A DNA stretch of 31,548 nucleotides, taken from assembly GCA_038253595.1 (NCBI GenBank), contig JBBSHA010000001.1, positions 1 to 31,548 of the forward strand, written 5' to 3'. The position numbers and the translations under genes were made by a program. Below the pieces are notes generated by a model. The model saw only the letters and a program-made list of their open reading frames with translations, searched no databases and was not told the DNA's origin. Source of the stretch: Candidatus Dormibacterales bacterium (GTDB lineage: Bacteria > Chloroflexota > Dormibacteria > Dormibacterales > Dormibacteraceae). Positions 23,492 to 31,548 of this stretch are shown here, piece by piece (the stretch's first letter is position 1; each line of letters begins with the position of its first letter).

Positions 23492-25846
23492 TCAGGTGGC
23501 GAAGCGGAGGCGGCCCTGGACCCGGCGCAGCAGCAGGGGTCGGAGCTGCTCCCAGGCTTCCAGGACCGCCTCCCGGCTGGTCACGGCCACCTCGCGGGGG
23601 GCGTAGGCGGCGACGGTGAAGCGGTCGGCCAGTGCGCCCGCCGGGGCGGCCGCCTCCGGGATCTCCCGGCCCAGGCGGGATCCGAACTCGAGCGGGGTCT
23701 CCCCCGGCAGGCCGGCCACGCCGGCCAGCCGGGCCAGCAGCGCCGTCCGCCGCCAGACTCCGCCCACGGAGCCCGGCCGCAGGTAGCGGGAGATCGCCAG
23801 CCCGGCGCCGGCAGCCAGGAGGAGCAGGATCGCCGCCAGCCCGGCGATGCCGTTGGCGGGCACCGGAAAGTGGAAGCCCCGGTTGCCGAGCCCGCCCGCG
23901 TCGCCGGGGTCGAGCTCGCCCTTGATCGGCTTGGGCGCGGTCTGGGCGCCGGAGGTGTCGGGCACCGCGTTGGGGTCGCAGGCCGTGCTGTCGCGGGCGC
24001 AGGCGGTGCTCAGGCTGGCGCGCGCGATCGGGAAGTAGGTGCCGTCGGCCGTCGGCTCGTAGGGCACCCAGCCGTACCTGGGGAAGTAGGCCTCGACCCA
24101 GGTGTGGGCGTCCGACTCGCGGACGACGTAGCGACCCAGACGCTCCTCGTAGGTGCCCGGGCCGTAGCCGTTGACGAGGCGGGTGGGAATGCCCAGCGAG
24201 CGCAGCATGTCCCCCATCGCGGTGGCGAAGTACTCGCAGTAGCCGGCCTTGCTGGTGAACAGGAAGTACTCGATCGGGTCGAGGTCGGCCGGCGGCGGCG
24301 GCGGGCTCAGAGTGTACGTGTAGTTGGAGCGCAGGTAGGTCTCGATCGACTGCGCCTTGGCGTACGGCGTGGCGTCCCCCTCGGTCACCTTGAGCGCCAG
24401 GTCGCGCACCCGCTGCAGCGTCGCCCGCGAGCGGTAGTTGTTGCCCGACAGCGGGGCGGCTACCGTCCCGACCGCCTGCGGGTTGCTGAGGTTGGAGAAG
24501 TTGGTGTAGGGCACCACCCAGGCCGGGTAGTCGGTGCCGGCCTGGAGCAGCTGGTCCTCGGTTGGGTTCGGGTAGGCGACGTTCACCTTGTACGTCCCCG
24601 CGCCCCCCTGCCGGCCGGCCCCCGACAGGCGGTCCACGGTCAGCAGCCTGTCCGCCGCCGGCGCCGCGGAGCGGGCCACGGCGGGGCGGTCGATCCGGGT
24701 CACGCTGCCGGGATAGAAGAGGACGTCGGCCGCCCCCTCCGGCGGCTTCAGCATCTGGATCTTGAAGGCGCCGGTGCCCTGCGCGTCATACGTCTCGGCG
24801 TACGCCAGCCCGGAGTCCTTGGGCAGGGGCTGGGTGGCCGCCGTCCGGTCCCCATAGCGCCATTCCGGACCCCCGCGGCCGTTGGCGGTGCGGACCATGT
24901 TGAGGCCTCTGAAGTAGCGGGGACCGCCATACGTGCCCTCGATCGTGTACGTCATCACGATGCCACCGGTCTTGTGGATGGGGCCGCCGAGGGGAACGTC
25001 CGCGGAGAAGCCGATCGAGGTCCCGCTGCTGGCGCCGCGCCCGAAGGCGACCGGATGGTTGAGGCGCTGCTGCAGCTCCGCCCACCCCCGGAAGCTGCCG
25101 TTCTCGATGTCGACCGTGCTGTCGGAGCGGGACAGCGGGGGCAGGAAGATGCCCAGGATGATCACGCCCACCATGACGGCCACGCCCGTCTCCCAAAAGT
25201 CCCAGCGGGCGTCGGAGCTGAGCTTGACGCGGCGCCGGGAGGCGCTCTCCAGCGAGCGCAGGTACGTCGTCCAGAGCAGCAGCCCCAGTGTCAGCCCCAG
25301 GAAGACGAACGTGTAGCCGTTCTGGTCGGCCGGGAAGTTGAGCACGGTGGTGGCGAACGCGGCAGCGCCCGGGACCAGGCCCAGGAGCGGCTGCCGCCAG
25401 CGCAGCACGCACCAGCTGAGCCAGCCCCCGACCACCCAGAAGAGGCTGCAGAGGACCCAGAGGAAGAAGGACACGTCGGCGGCGGTCTCGCCGCTCAGGA
25501 GGTGCGAGGACCAGGTCGCCAGCACGGCCAGCGGGTCGCCGGCCGGGCCGGGATGGGCGTGCTGGATGGCGCCCGACGCGGCCAGGTAGCCGGCCCCGGG
25601 GGCGGCCAGCAGGCCCGCCCCGAGGGCCGGCGGCCAGGGCACCGGGCGGATCACGGCCAGGATGCCCATCGTCACGGCCGCGACCATCGTGACGCCGCCC
25701 ACGGCCTGGGAGCCGGGCACCCAGGCGGCGGTGGTCGTGGAGTTGGCGATGCACAGGGCCAGCGGCAGCGTCATCGCGGCGGCCGGCAGCGTCCCGTCTG
25801 GCAGCCGGCCCCGGAGCGGGCGGGTCCTAGACCAGGCGGACAGCAT
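23492..25846 (-). CDS. Membrane-anchored transglutaminase-like protein (TgpA type)
   Basis: Several N-terminal TM helices; GYCEYFATAM (Cys), GIPTRLVNGY, AHTWVE (His), GWVPYEPT; C-terminal DUF4129-like GETPLEF. Confidence 0.9.
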   Translation of the reverse strand: MLSAWSRTRPLRGRLPDGTLPAAAMTLPLALCIANSTTTAAWVPGSQAVGGVTMVAAVTMGILAVIRPVPWPPALGAGLLAAPGAGYLAASGAIQHAHPGPAGDPLAVLATWSSHLLSGETAADVSFFLWVLCSLFWVVGGWLSWCVLRWRQPLLGLVPGAAAFATTVLNFPADQNGYTFVFLGLTLGLLLWTTYLRSLESASRRRVKLSSDARWDFWETGVAVMVGVIILGIFLPPLSRSDSTVDIENGSFRGWAELQQRLNHPVAFGRGASSGTSIGFSADVPLGGPIHKTGGIVMTYTIEGTYGGPRYFRGLNMVRTANGRGGPEWRYGDRTAATQPLPKDSGLAYAETYDAQGTGAFKIQMLKPPEGAADVLFYPGSVTRIDRPAVARSAAPAADRLLTVDRLSGAGRQGGAGTYKVNVAYPNPTEDQLLQAGTDYPAWVVPYTNFSNLSNPQAVGTVAAPLSGNNYRSRATLQRVRDLALKVTEGDATPYAKAQSIETYLRSNYTYTLSPPPPPADLDPIEYFLFTSKAGYCEYFATAMGDMLRSLGIPTRLVNGYGPGTYEERLGRYVVRESDAHTWVEAYFPRYGWVPYEPTADGTYFPIARASLSTACARDSTACDPNAVPDTSGAQTAPKPIKGELDPGDAGGLGNRGFHFPVPANGIAGLAAILLLLAAGAGLAISRYLRPGSVGGVWRRTALLARLAGVAGLPGETPLEFGSRLGREIPEAAAPAGALADRFTVAAYAPREVAVTSREAVLEAWEQLRPLLLRRVQGRLRFAT

Positions 25847-27017
25847 CGCGCGTCCTCATCAGGCGGCCGAAGTCGTCGCCGCGGCGGACCACGTAGAGGT
25901 CGACGTCGGAACCCAAATCGAAGCTGAGGTTGGGTTCCGGGGCGCCGAAGCTGGAGGCGTCGATGTAGAAGGCGAGCAGGGGGTCGTTGCGGCCCCGCAC
26001 GGCCTGCATCGCCGGCACCCAGCCGGGGTCGGGGCTGGGCGTGACCACGGCGATCGCGCGCCGAGGCAGGCGGCGGATCCGCTCCCACGCCATCGCCCCG
26101 GCCAGGTTCTGGACGCCGTCGGCCTGGGCCAGGGCCAGGTAGTCGAGGATGACGCGGTCCTGGCGAGCCGCCCGGTGCGGCTCGAGCAGGGTGGCCCGGG
26201 CGTCGTTGGCGATCAGACCGACCTTGCGGCCGCGGCCGTGGACGTGGATCGCGATCGACGCGGCCAGGCTGATCGCGTACTCCACCGTGGACTCCTCGCC
26301 CTCGCCGTGGTGCACGCCGCGGTCGAGGTCGAGGACCAGCCAGATGTCGGCGGTGAGCGGCTGCTCGAAGGTCTTGCTCATGAGCCGCCGGTGCTTCTGG
26401 GAGAGCGCCCAGTGGATGCGGCCGAACGAATCGCCGGCCGCGTACTCGCGCACCCCGCCGGTCTCGGGCGGGTAGTCGGCCCAGTTGCCGAAGCGCTGAG
26501 CGACGCCCGCGTGCTGGGTGGCCGGCATCAGGAGGTCGGGCAGCTGGCGCACCCGGGGGTAGACAAGCACCTCGTTCTTCTGGTTGAGCCGCAGCGTCCG
26601 GCTGAACAGCCCGAACGGCTCGCTGACCCGGACCCGGGTCGGTCCGAACCCGACCCAGCCTCTCTGGTGGTAGACGCCGCGCGCGGCCCAGCTGACCTTC
26701 TGCTTGCCCAGCGAGACGATCCGCCCGGGCTGGTAGTCGCGCAGCCGGCTGACGTCCACCACCTCGACCCAGGGCGCGGGGACGCCGCCTCGCTTGCGAA
26801 CGGTGAACGTCTCCTCGAACGACTCGCCCACGGTCGGGGTGCCGGCATCCAGCGAGCGCTCGATGCTGATGCCCCGGGCCGACAGCCGCGGCCACAGCCA
26901 GGCCAGGACGAAGAGCAGGCCGAGTGCGTAGGCGAGGGCGAAGGCCGGCCGGATGGCGGTCAGATAGGCGAAGAAGAGGAGCAGGAGCAGGCTGAGACCG
27001 AGCAGGGCCCGGGTCAT
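25827..27017 (-). CDS. DUF58 domain protein (MoxR partner)
   Basis: EPFGLF, VLVYPRV, GVREYAAGDSFGRIHWALS, LMSKTFE, VLDLD. Confidence 0.9.
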   Translation of the reverse strand: MTRALLGLSLLLLLFFAYLTAIRPAFALAYALGLLFVLAWLWPRLSARGISIERSLDAGTPTVGESFEETFTVRKRGGVPAPWVEVVDVSRLRDYQPGRIVSLGKQKVSWAARGVYHQRGWVGFGPTRVRVSEPFGLFSRTLRLNQKNEVLVYPRVRQLPDLLMPATQHAGVAQRFGNWADYPPETGGVREYAAGDSFGRIHWALSQKHRRLMSKTFEQPLTADIWLVLDLDRGVHHGEGEESTVEYAISLAASIAIHVHGRGRKVGLIANDARATLLEPHRAARQDRVILDYLALAQADGVQNLAGAMAWERIRRLPRRAIAVVTPSPDPGWVPAMQAVRGRNDPLLAFYIDASSFGAPEPNLSFDLGSDVDLYVVRRGDDFGRLMRTRDAVRLV

Positions 27018-27023
27018 CGCCGG

Positions 27024-27029
27024 AGTGTA
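27024..27029 (-). promoter_or_regulatory. -10 hexamer TACACT, leaderless internal promoter candidate
   Basis: Exactly 6 nt upstream of the ATG at 27017, in the 21-nt gap after moxR. Confidence 0.55.
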
Positions 27030-27038
27030 TGCACCCTG

Positions 27039-28016
27039 CTAACTGTCGTAGCTGAGCTGGGGCACGGGTTCCCGCTCGATCAGCTGGGCCAGAATCCGGG
27101 AGGTGCTGGAGCCCTGCATCTCGGCGTTGGGCCGCAGGATGATGCGGTGGCCGAGGATGGGTTCGGCCAGGCCCTTGATGTCATCGGGGAGCACGTACTC
27201 GCGGCCGGCGATGGCGGCCCGGGCCTGGGCGGCGCGGAAGAGGTTGAGCGTGCCCCGGGTGCTGGCGCCGAGTGCGATCTCGGGGTGGGTCCGGGTCTTC
27301 CCCACCAGGCGGGCGATGTACTCCTTCAGCTCGGGCTTGACGAAGACGTCGGCGACGGCACGTTGGGCCGCCTGCAGCTCGCCGTGGGACACCACCGGCT
27401 GCAGCTCCTCGAAGGGGGATTCCACCTTGCGCGAGTCGAGCAGCCGGACCTCGGCCTGGGCGCTCAGGTAGCCCAGCCGGACCTTCATGAAGAAGCGGTC
27501 GAGCTGCGCCTCGGGTAGGGGGAAGGTGCCGGCGTACTCGATCGGGTTCTGGGTCGCCATCACCATGAAGGGCCGGGGCAGCGGGTGGGTGTCGCCGTCC
27601 ACGGTGACGGTGCGCTCCTCCATGGCCTCCAGGAGCGCGGCCTGGGTCTTGGGGGTGGCCCGGTTGATCTCGTCGGCGAGCAGGATCTGGGCGAAGACGG
27701 GGCCCGGCCGGAACTCGAAGTCGGCCAGCTTCTGGTTGAACGCCTGCACCCCGGTGACGTCGGACGGGAGCAGGTCGGGGGTGAACTGGATTCGCCGGAA
27801 GCTGCAGTCCAGTGAGCGGGCCAGCGACTTGGCCAGCATGGTCTTGCCCACGCCGGGCACGTCCTCGATGAGCAGGTGGCCCTGGCAGAGCAGTGTGGCG
27901 AGGCAGAGCCTCACCTCGTCCTCCTTGTCGACGATGGCGCGGGCGACGTTCGCGATCACCGGGTCGGCGACCCTGCGAACCTCGTCGAGCGAGACCCGGT
28001 CGGCCTGACGGCTCAT
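27039..28016 (-). CDS. moxR: MoxR-family AAA+ ATPase
   Basis: [63 protein letters not shown] 28016 has AGGAGG 9 nt upstream. Confidence 0.95.
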   Translation of the reverse strand: MSRQADRVSLDEVRRVADPVIANVARAIVDKEDEVRLCLATLLCQGHLLIEDVPGVGKTMLAKSLARSLDCSFRRIQFTPDLLPSDVTGVQAFNQKLADFEFRPGPVFAQILLADEINRATPKTQAALLEAMEERTVTVDGDTHPLPRPFMVMATQNPIEYAGTFPLPEAQLDRFFMKVRLGYLSAQAEVRLLDSRKVESPFEELQPVVSHGELQAAQRAVADVFVKPELKEYIARLVGKTRTHPEIALGASTRGTLNLFRAAQARAAIAGREYVLPDDIKGLAEPILGHRIILRPNAEMQGSSTSRILAQLIEREPVPQLSYDS

Positions 28017-28115
28017 AGACACACGCCTCCTGGCTTGCCGTTACTGGTCGGATCACCACCGCCGCTGCGGCTGGACTGCTCGACGAACATACCTTCTCTT
28101 TACGCACGAGGGGCG

Positions 28116-28145
28116 TTGACACGTTGGAAAGGCCTCTGCTAGCCT
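28116..28145 (+). promoter_or_regulatory. Sigma70-type promoter TTGACA-N18-TAGCCT with extended -10 TG
   Basis: TTGACA 28116-21, TG 28137-38, TAGCCT 28140-45. Confidence 0.65.
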
Positions 28146-28241
28146 CCCGGGGTTGTTCGCTCCACCCGACTGAGGGTGGGTGTTTGGGGGTAGAGAGTTC
28201 TGGCGCTTCTGAGCCGGTACTTCGCGCACGCCATCGTCCTG

Positions 28242-29111
28242 GTGATCGCGATTACGTTCTCGGGTTACGCGACCCTGAGCCGGGACCTGCCGGCCTCCGC
28301 CCGGCTCCGGCTGGGCGTGGTCAACGCCGAGGGGCTGGCCCTCGGCCAGGGCGGCACGTCCGGCGACATCACGCTGGGGCGGGCGGGCACCATCATCAAG
28401 CCGATCGCGCTCCCCAGCGGCCCCCGCTCGACGCACCAGCCGACCGCGTACACGGTGCTGGCGGGCGAGGACGTGCCGGGCGTTGCCGCCAAGTTCAACA
28501 TCAGCCCCGACCAGCTGCGCTGGTCGAACGCCCAGCTCACCGCCAGCGACCGCATCAGCTCCGGCGACCACCTGACGATCCCGCCCGTCCCCGGCGTGGT
28601 GGTGCCGGCCCGGGAAGGTGAGACCGCCGCTGCGATCGCCGAGGCCTACCGCGTGGACCTGCAATCTGTGATCGACTTCAACTACCTGCGCGACCCCCAG
28701 CACCTGGCCCCCGGCCAGTTGCTGGTGGTGCCGGATGGGCGCGGGCCCGACCTGTGGCCGCGGCGGGTGTCCTCGGAGCCTCCCCACCTGGGCCGCTTCG
28801 CCAAGGAGCGGTTCGCCTACGGTTACTGCACCTGGTACGTCGCGAGCCGCCGCAGCGTGCCCTGGAGCGGAGACGCCTGGGCCTGGTTCGGGGGTGCTCA
28901 GGCGATGGGCTTCCCAACCGGCCGGACGCCGCAGCCGGGCGCCATCATGGTGACCTGGGAGAGCTGGGTCGGGCACGTCGCCTATGTCGAGCAGGTCAAC
29001 GCCGACGGCAGCTTCCAGGTCTCGGAGATGAACTACCAGGGCTGGGGCGTGATCTCGACCCGGACCCTGCGCTCGCCGGGCTCGGTGCCGCTGATCGGCT
29101 TCATCTACTGA
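28242..29111 (+). CDS. LysM-LysM-CHAP cell-wall hydrolase (start possibly CTG 28200)
   Basis: Two LysM-like repeats (YTVLAGED...GDHLTIP; EGETAAAIA...GQLLVVP). CHAP motifs GYCTWYV, GHVAYVE, SEMNY. Confidence 0.9.
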   Translation: MIAITFSGYATLSRDLPASARLRLGVVNAEGLALGQGGTSGDITLGRAGTIIKPIALPSGPRSTHQPTAYTVLAGEDVPGVAAKFNISPDQLRWSNAQLTASDRISSGDHLTIPPVPGVVVPAREGETAAAIAEAYRVDLQSVIDFNYLRDPQHLAPGQLLVVPDGRGPDLWPRRVSSEPPHLGRFAKERFAYGYCTWYVASRRSVPWSGDAWAWFGGAQAMGFPTGRTPQPGAIMVTWESWVGHVAYVEQVNADGSFQVSEMNYQGWGVISTRTLRSPGSVPLIGFIY

Positions 29112-29139
29112 CCCCGGTCGGCGCCCAGGCTGGGTCCGG

Positions 29140-29364
29140 TCAGCTCCGGCCGCCGGCCACGCCCGCGATGAAGGCGTAGACCACGGCGGCGGTGACCACG
29201 AGCAGGAACACCCGCAGGGCCCAGAGCGCGGCGACCACGCGCGGCTGCAGCCGGCGGCGGGGCACCGGCCGGTACATGGCGCTGACCAGTTGGTCGGGTT
29301 CCAGGCCCTCGATCAGGTCCTCGTCCGGCTCGCCCTGGTAGATGTGGCGCTGGTGCTCGTCCAT
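29140..29364 (-). CDS. Small membrane protein (74 aa) with one C-terminal TM helix
   Basis: Acidic N-terminus, RPVPRRRL, then ALWALRVFLLVVTAAVVYAFIAGV. GC3-biased; directly downstream of the transporter. Confidence 0.75.
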   Translation of the reverse strand: MDEHQRHIYQGEPDEDLIEGLEPDQLVSAMYRPVPRRRLQPRVVAALWALRVFLLVVTAAVVYAFIAGVAGGRS

Positions 29365-29369
29365 GCCGG

Positions 29370-29417
29370 TCAGCCTGCCAGAAGTGTGACGAAGGCGGTC
29401 GGCGAGAGCTCATTCAT
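29370..29417 (-). CDS. Putative 15-aa peptide MNELSPTAFVTLLAG
   Basis: ATG overlaps the transporter stop (TGATG). Its stop is 5 nt before the next ATG. Confidence 0.35.
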   Translation of the reverse strand: MNELSPTAFVTLLAG

Positions 29418-30766
29418 CAGCCTGCTGAGTGGCCGGTGAGGGCGTTGAAGGCGGCGAGCAGCGCGTACGAGGTGCCGGCCAGCGCCACCACCGCGCCCAC
29501 CGCGGCGCCGAGGATGTTCAGCCAGCGCGGGTTGGAGCGGGTGCCCATGAGCTCGCGGTCGTTGGCCAGCATCATCAGGAAGACCAGGGCAGCGGGCATC
29601 AGCACCACCGCCAGCAGGTTGGCATTGAGAGAGATCGCCAACAGGGGCGCCCCCGGGATCAGCACCACCGCCGCCGCCAGGACTGAAATGCCGACGTTGA
29701 AGGCGTAGAAGCCGGGCGCCTCCCCGAACTTGCGGTTGAAGCTGTGGGGACCGGACATGGCCTCCCCCAGCGCGTACGCCGTGCTGGCCGAGATCGTCAG
29801 CATTGCCAGGGCGCCGGCCTCGACCAGGCCCAGCGAAAAGATCGCCGCGCCCGGGTAGCCGATGAACGGCTGCAGGGCCTGGGCGAAGCCGGCCCCACCC
29901 TGGAGCCGGCCGGGGCCCAGGTGGTGCTGGAAGAGTAGCGAGGCGACCACCAGGGCGCCCACCGCGCAGATGGCGGCGAGCACCCCGCCGAGCACGGTGT
30001 CGGCCCGGCTCTGGCCGATGTCGCGGGGGGTCACGCCCTTGTCGGCCACCGCACTCTGCTGGAAGAAGATCATCCAAGGAGTCACCGTGGCCCCGATGTT
30101 GGAGGCAACCAGGAGCAGGAACACCTGCAGCGAGCCCCCCGGGAGCGGGGACCACGTGGCTATGGCCCGGCCCAGCGCGGCCGGGTCGGGCCGGCTCATC
30201 AGGGCCCCCACCACAAAGAGCAGGTTGAGGGCGGCCATCCCGAGCGCGATCCGCTCCCAGTGCCGGTAGCGGCCCCCGGCCACGCTGACCACAACCAGCA
30301 GCACCCCGGCCGGCACCGAGAGGGCGGGCGGCACCCCGAAAAACGACATCCCGACCCGGATCGCGATCAGTTCGGTGATCAGCGTGACCAGGTTGGTGAC
30401 CACCAGGTCGCCCGTCGAGACCCAGCCCCAGAAGCGGCCGAAGCGCTCGAAGATGAGCTGGCCGTAGCCCCGGTGGGTCACCGCGCCGACCCGCATCGCC
30501 ATCTCCTGGACGACGATCGCCGCCATGAAGGTGACAAGGATGAAGGGCACGAAGAAGCCGATCCCGTAGGTGGCTCCGCTGGCCGCGTAGGAGAGCATGC
30601 TCGGGCCGTCGTTCTCGCCCAGCATGACCAGGATCCCGGGCCCGACCAGCATCGCCAGCAGACTCACCCGGTGGCGGCCGTGGCGGGCCTCCAGGACCCG
30701 CCGCCGGTCGTCGGCTCGACGCCGGTCCTCCGGGGTCAGCAGATCGGCAGCCGTCGCGTCAGCCAC
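29417..30766 (-). CDS. NRAMP-family divalent cation transporter with non-canonical metal-site motifs
   Basis: GPG..VMLGENDGPS (TM1), QEMAMRVGAVT, GATVTPWMIFFQQS (TM6), about 11 hydrophobic segments. Confidence 0.85.
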   Translation of the reverse strand: MADATAADLLTPEDRRRADDRRRVLEARHGRHRVSLLAMLVGPGILVMLGENDGPSMLSYAASGATYGIGFFVPFILVTFMAAIVVQEMAMRVGAVTHRGYGQLIFERFGRFWGWVSTGDLVVTNLVTLITELIAIRVGMSFFGVPPALSVPAGVLLVVVSVAGGRYRHWERIALGMAALNLLFVVGALMSRPDPAALGRAIATWSPLPGGSLQVFLLLVASNIGATVTPWMIFFQQSAVADKGVTPRDIGQSRADTVLGGVLAAICAVGALVVASLLFQHHLGPGRLQGGAGFAQALQPFIGYPGAAIFSLGLVEAGALAMLTISASTAYALGEAMSGPHSFNRKFGEAPGFYAFNVGISVLAAAVVLIPGAPLLAISLNANLLAVVLMPAALVFLMMLANDRELMGTRSNPRWLNILGAAVGAVVALAGTSYALLAAFNALTGHSAG

Positions 30767-31445
30767 CGATCTCCTCCACGAAGATGACGCGGGCCAGACC
30801 CAGCGGAACGGCGGCCTGGGTACCGGCCACGACCAGCGTCACTGGGCCCTCCCAGCGGCTCACCTCGAGCACGGTCAGCAGCGTGCCCGGCAGCAGTCCC
30901 AGGCGCTCGATGGCGCGCAGCTTGTCGGGGTCGCGGTCGGAGATGCGGCTGACGCGCAGGCGGGCGTTGGCCGGCGCCTCCGGCAGGGGGTGCCCGGGCG
31001 TGGCCGGCAGGGTGCCGTCGACGCTCGGGATGGGGTCCCCGTGGGGGTCCGCCGCGGGCCGGCCGAGCGCCTCCCACATCCGCTGCTCCAGCTTCTCGGA
31101 GATTGCGTGCTCGAGCCGCTCGGCCTCCTCGTGGACCTCGTCCCAGCTGTAGCCGAGGGCCCGGACCAGGTAGGTCTCCAGCACACGGTGGTGGCGGACC
31201 ATCTCCACCGCGATCGCCAGACCGCGGCCGGTGAGCGTGGCGCCCCGGTGATGGTCGTGGCTGATCAGGTCGCGGGCGGCGAGCTTGGTCAGCATCTCGC
31301 TGACCGAGGCGGAGGTGACGCCGAGCGCCCCGGCCAGGGCCGACGTGGGCACGGGGTCGCGGTCTCCCTCCAGCGCGTGGAGGACCTTCAGGTAGTCCTC
31401 CTGGGCGGCCGAGGTGGCGCGCCCTTCCGCCGCTTCCTTAGGCAT
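30759..31445 (-). CDS. mntR: DtxR/MntR-family metal-dependent repressor with FeoA-like C-terminal domain
   Basis: EDYLK, SVSEMLTKL, RHHRVLETYL, VHEEAERLEH (Glu at the DtxR Cys102-equivalent position, Mn-type), DPHGDPIP. Confidence 0.88.
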   Translation of the reverse strand: MPKEAAEGRATSAAQEDYLKVLHALEGDRDPVPTSALAGALGVTSASVSEMLTKLAARDLISHDHHRGATLTGRGLAIAVEMVRHHRVLETYLVRALGYSWDEVHEEAERLEHAISEKLEQRMWEALGRPAADPHGDPIPSVDGTLPATPGHPLPEAPANARLRVSRISDRDPDKLRAIERLGLLPGTLLTVLEVSRWEGPVTLVVAGTQAAVPLGLARVIFVEEIGG

Positions 31446-31451
31446 GCCGAC

Positions 31452-31457
31452 AGCCTA
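31452..31457 (-). promoter_or_regulatory. -10 hexamer TAGGCT, leaderless promoter candidate for mntR
   Basis: Exactly 6 nt upstream of the ATG at 31445. Confidence 0.6.
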
Positions 31458-31460
31458 GCA

Positions 31461-31495
31461 CGGGCATACCTAGCCGCTGGCCTAGGTGCGCCTAA
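31461..31495. promoter_or_regulatory. Candidate DtxR/MntR operators
   Basis: Dyad TAGG-TGCG-CCTA at 31483-94. Degenerate copy TAGG-TATG-CCCG (minus strand) at 31461-72 in the promoter spacer. Confidence 0.5.
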
Positions 31496-31507
31496 AACAG
31501 CTCCGGG

Positions 31508-31548
31508 TCAGGAGACCTCCTCGTCCTCTCCCACCAGCCGCAGCTGTC
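31508..31548 (-). CDS. 3' end of an upstream gene (partial)
   Basis: Reads ...QLRLVGEDEEVS* with TGA at 31510-08. Confidence 0.55.
   Translation of the reverse strand, partial: QLRLVGEDEEVS

Noticed and set aside
23492-28016. MoxR-DUF58-transglutaminase as a novel system
   Set aside because: This is a well-known conserved triad.
28146-28241. c-di-AMP (ydaO) riboswitch, expected before cell-wall hydrolases
   Set aside because: The leader is too short and I found no ydaO consensus elements.
160-31186. Many long overlapping or antisense ORFs in the track (e.g. 5235-6221, 6773-8452, 10765-13125, 19689-21122, 23429-25927, 25662-27518)
   Set aside because: They shadow genes with clear motifs, are rich in Arg/Pro/Gly/Ala, and are expected at this GC content because stop codons are scarce.
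1-31548. tRNA, rRNA, CRISPR arrays, IS elements, prophage or defence genes
   Set aside because: None seen on reading: no cloverleaf motifs, spaced repeats, transposase or integrase signatures.

Overview
A very GC-rich (about 70% by eye), gene-dense stretch of bacterial chromosome, with most genes on the minus strand. It looks like core-metabolic DNA; I saw no transposase, integrase, tRNA, rRNA or CRISPR array. In order it holds: a galT-galK unit; a ~180-nt structured RNA candidate with 6S-like geometry; a PaaI thioesterase; a membrane/spermidine-synthase-like fusion; a class-B DnaJ; a metallophosphoesterase; a leuB-leuC-leuD-(divergent LeuA-family synthase)-(orphan 2-oxoacid dehydrogenase E1 alpha) cluster; a benzoate-CoA-ligase-family enzyme; a K+-independent H+-PPase; a GldA/F/G-like ABC system with DUF4340; a CinA N-terminal-only protein; a hot-dog pair/SDR/crotonase acyl-CoA operon; a MoxR-DUF58-transglutaminase triad; a LysM-CHAP hydrolase; and an MntR-NRAMP-like operon. 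The most interesting signals are not in the ORF track: (1) the 2078-2261 RNA, which also carries a perfect SD and a 22-codon ORF; (2) the 2-oxoacid elongation plus decarboxylation cluster with an atypical synthase; (3) galT split into a 49-aa upstream piece and a main body at a 9-bp direct repeat; (4) a non-canonical NRAMP followed by a coupled 15-aa peptide and a 74-aa membrane protein; (5) repeated leaderless promoters and likely CTG starts. The gene mix suggests a Chloroflexota/Dormibacterota- or Actinomycetota-like soil organism, but that is inference only. All product calls come from motif recognition by eye; no database search was run. Apparent frameshifts could be assembly errors.
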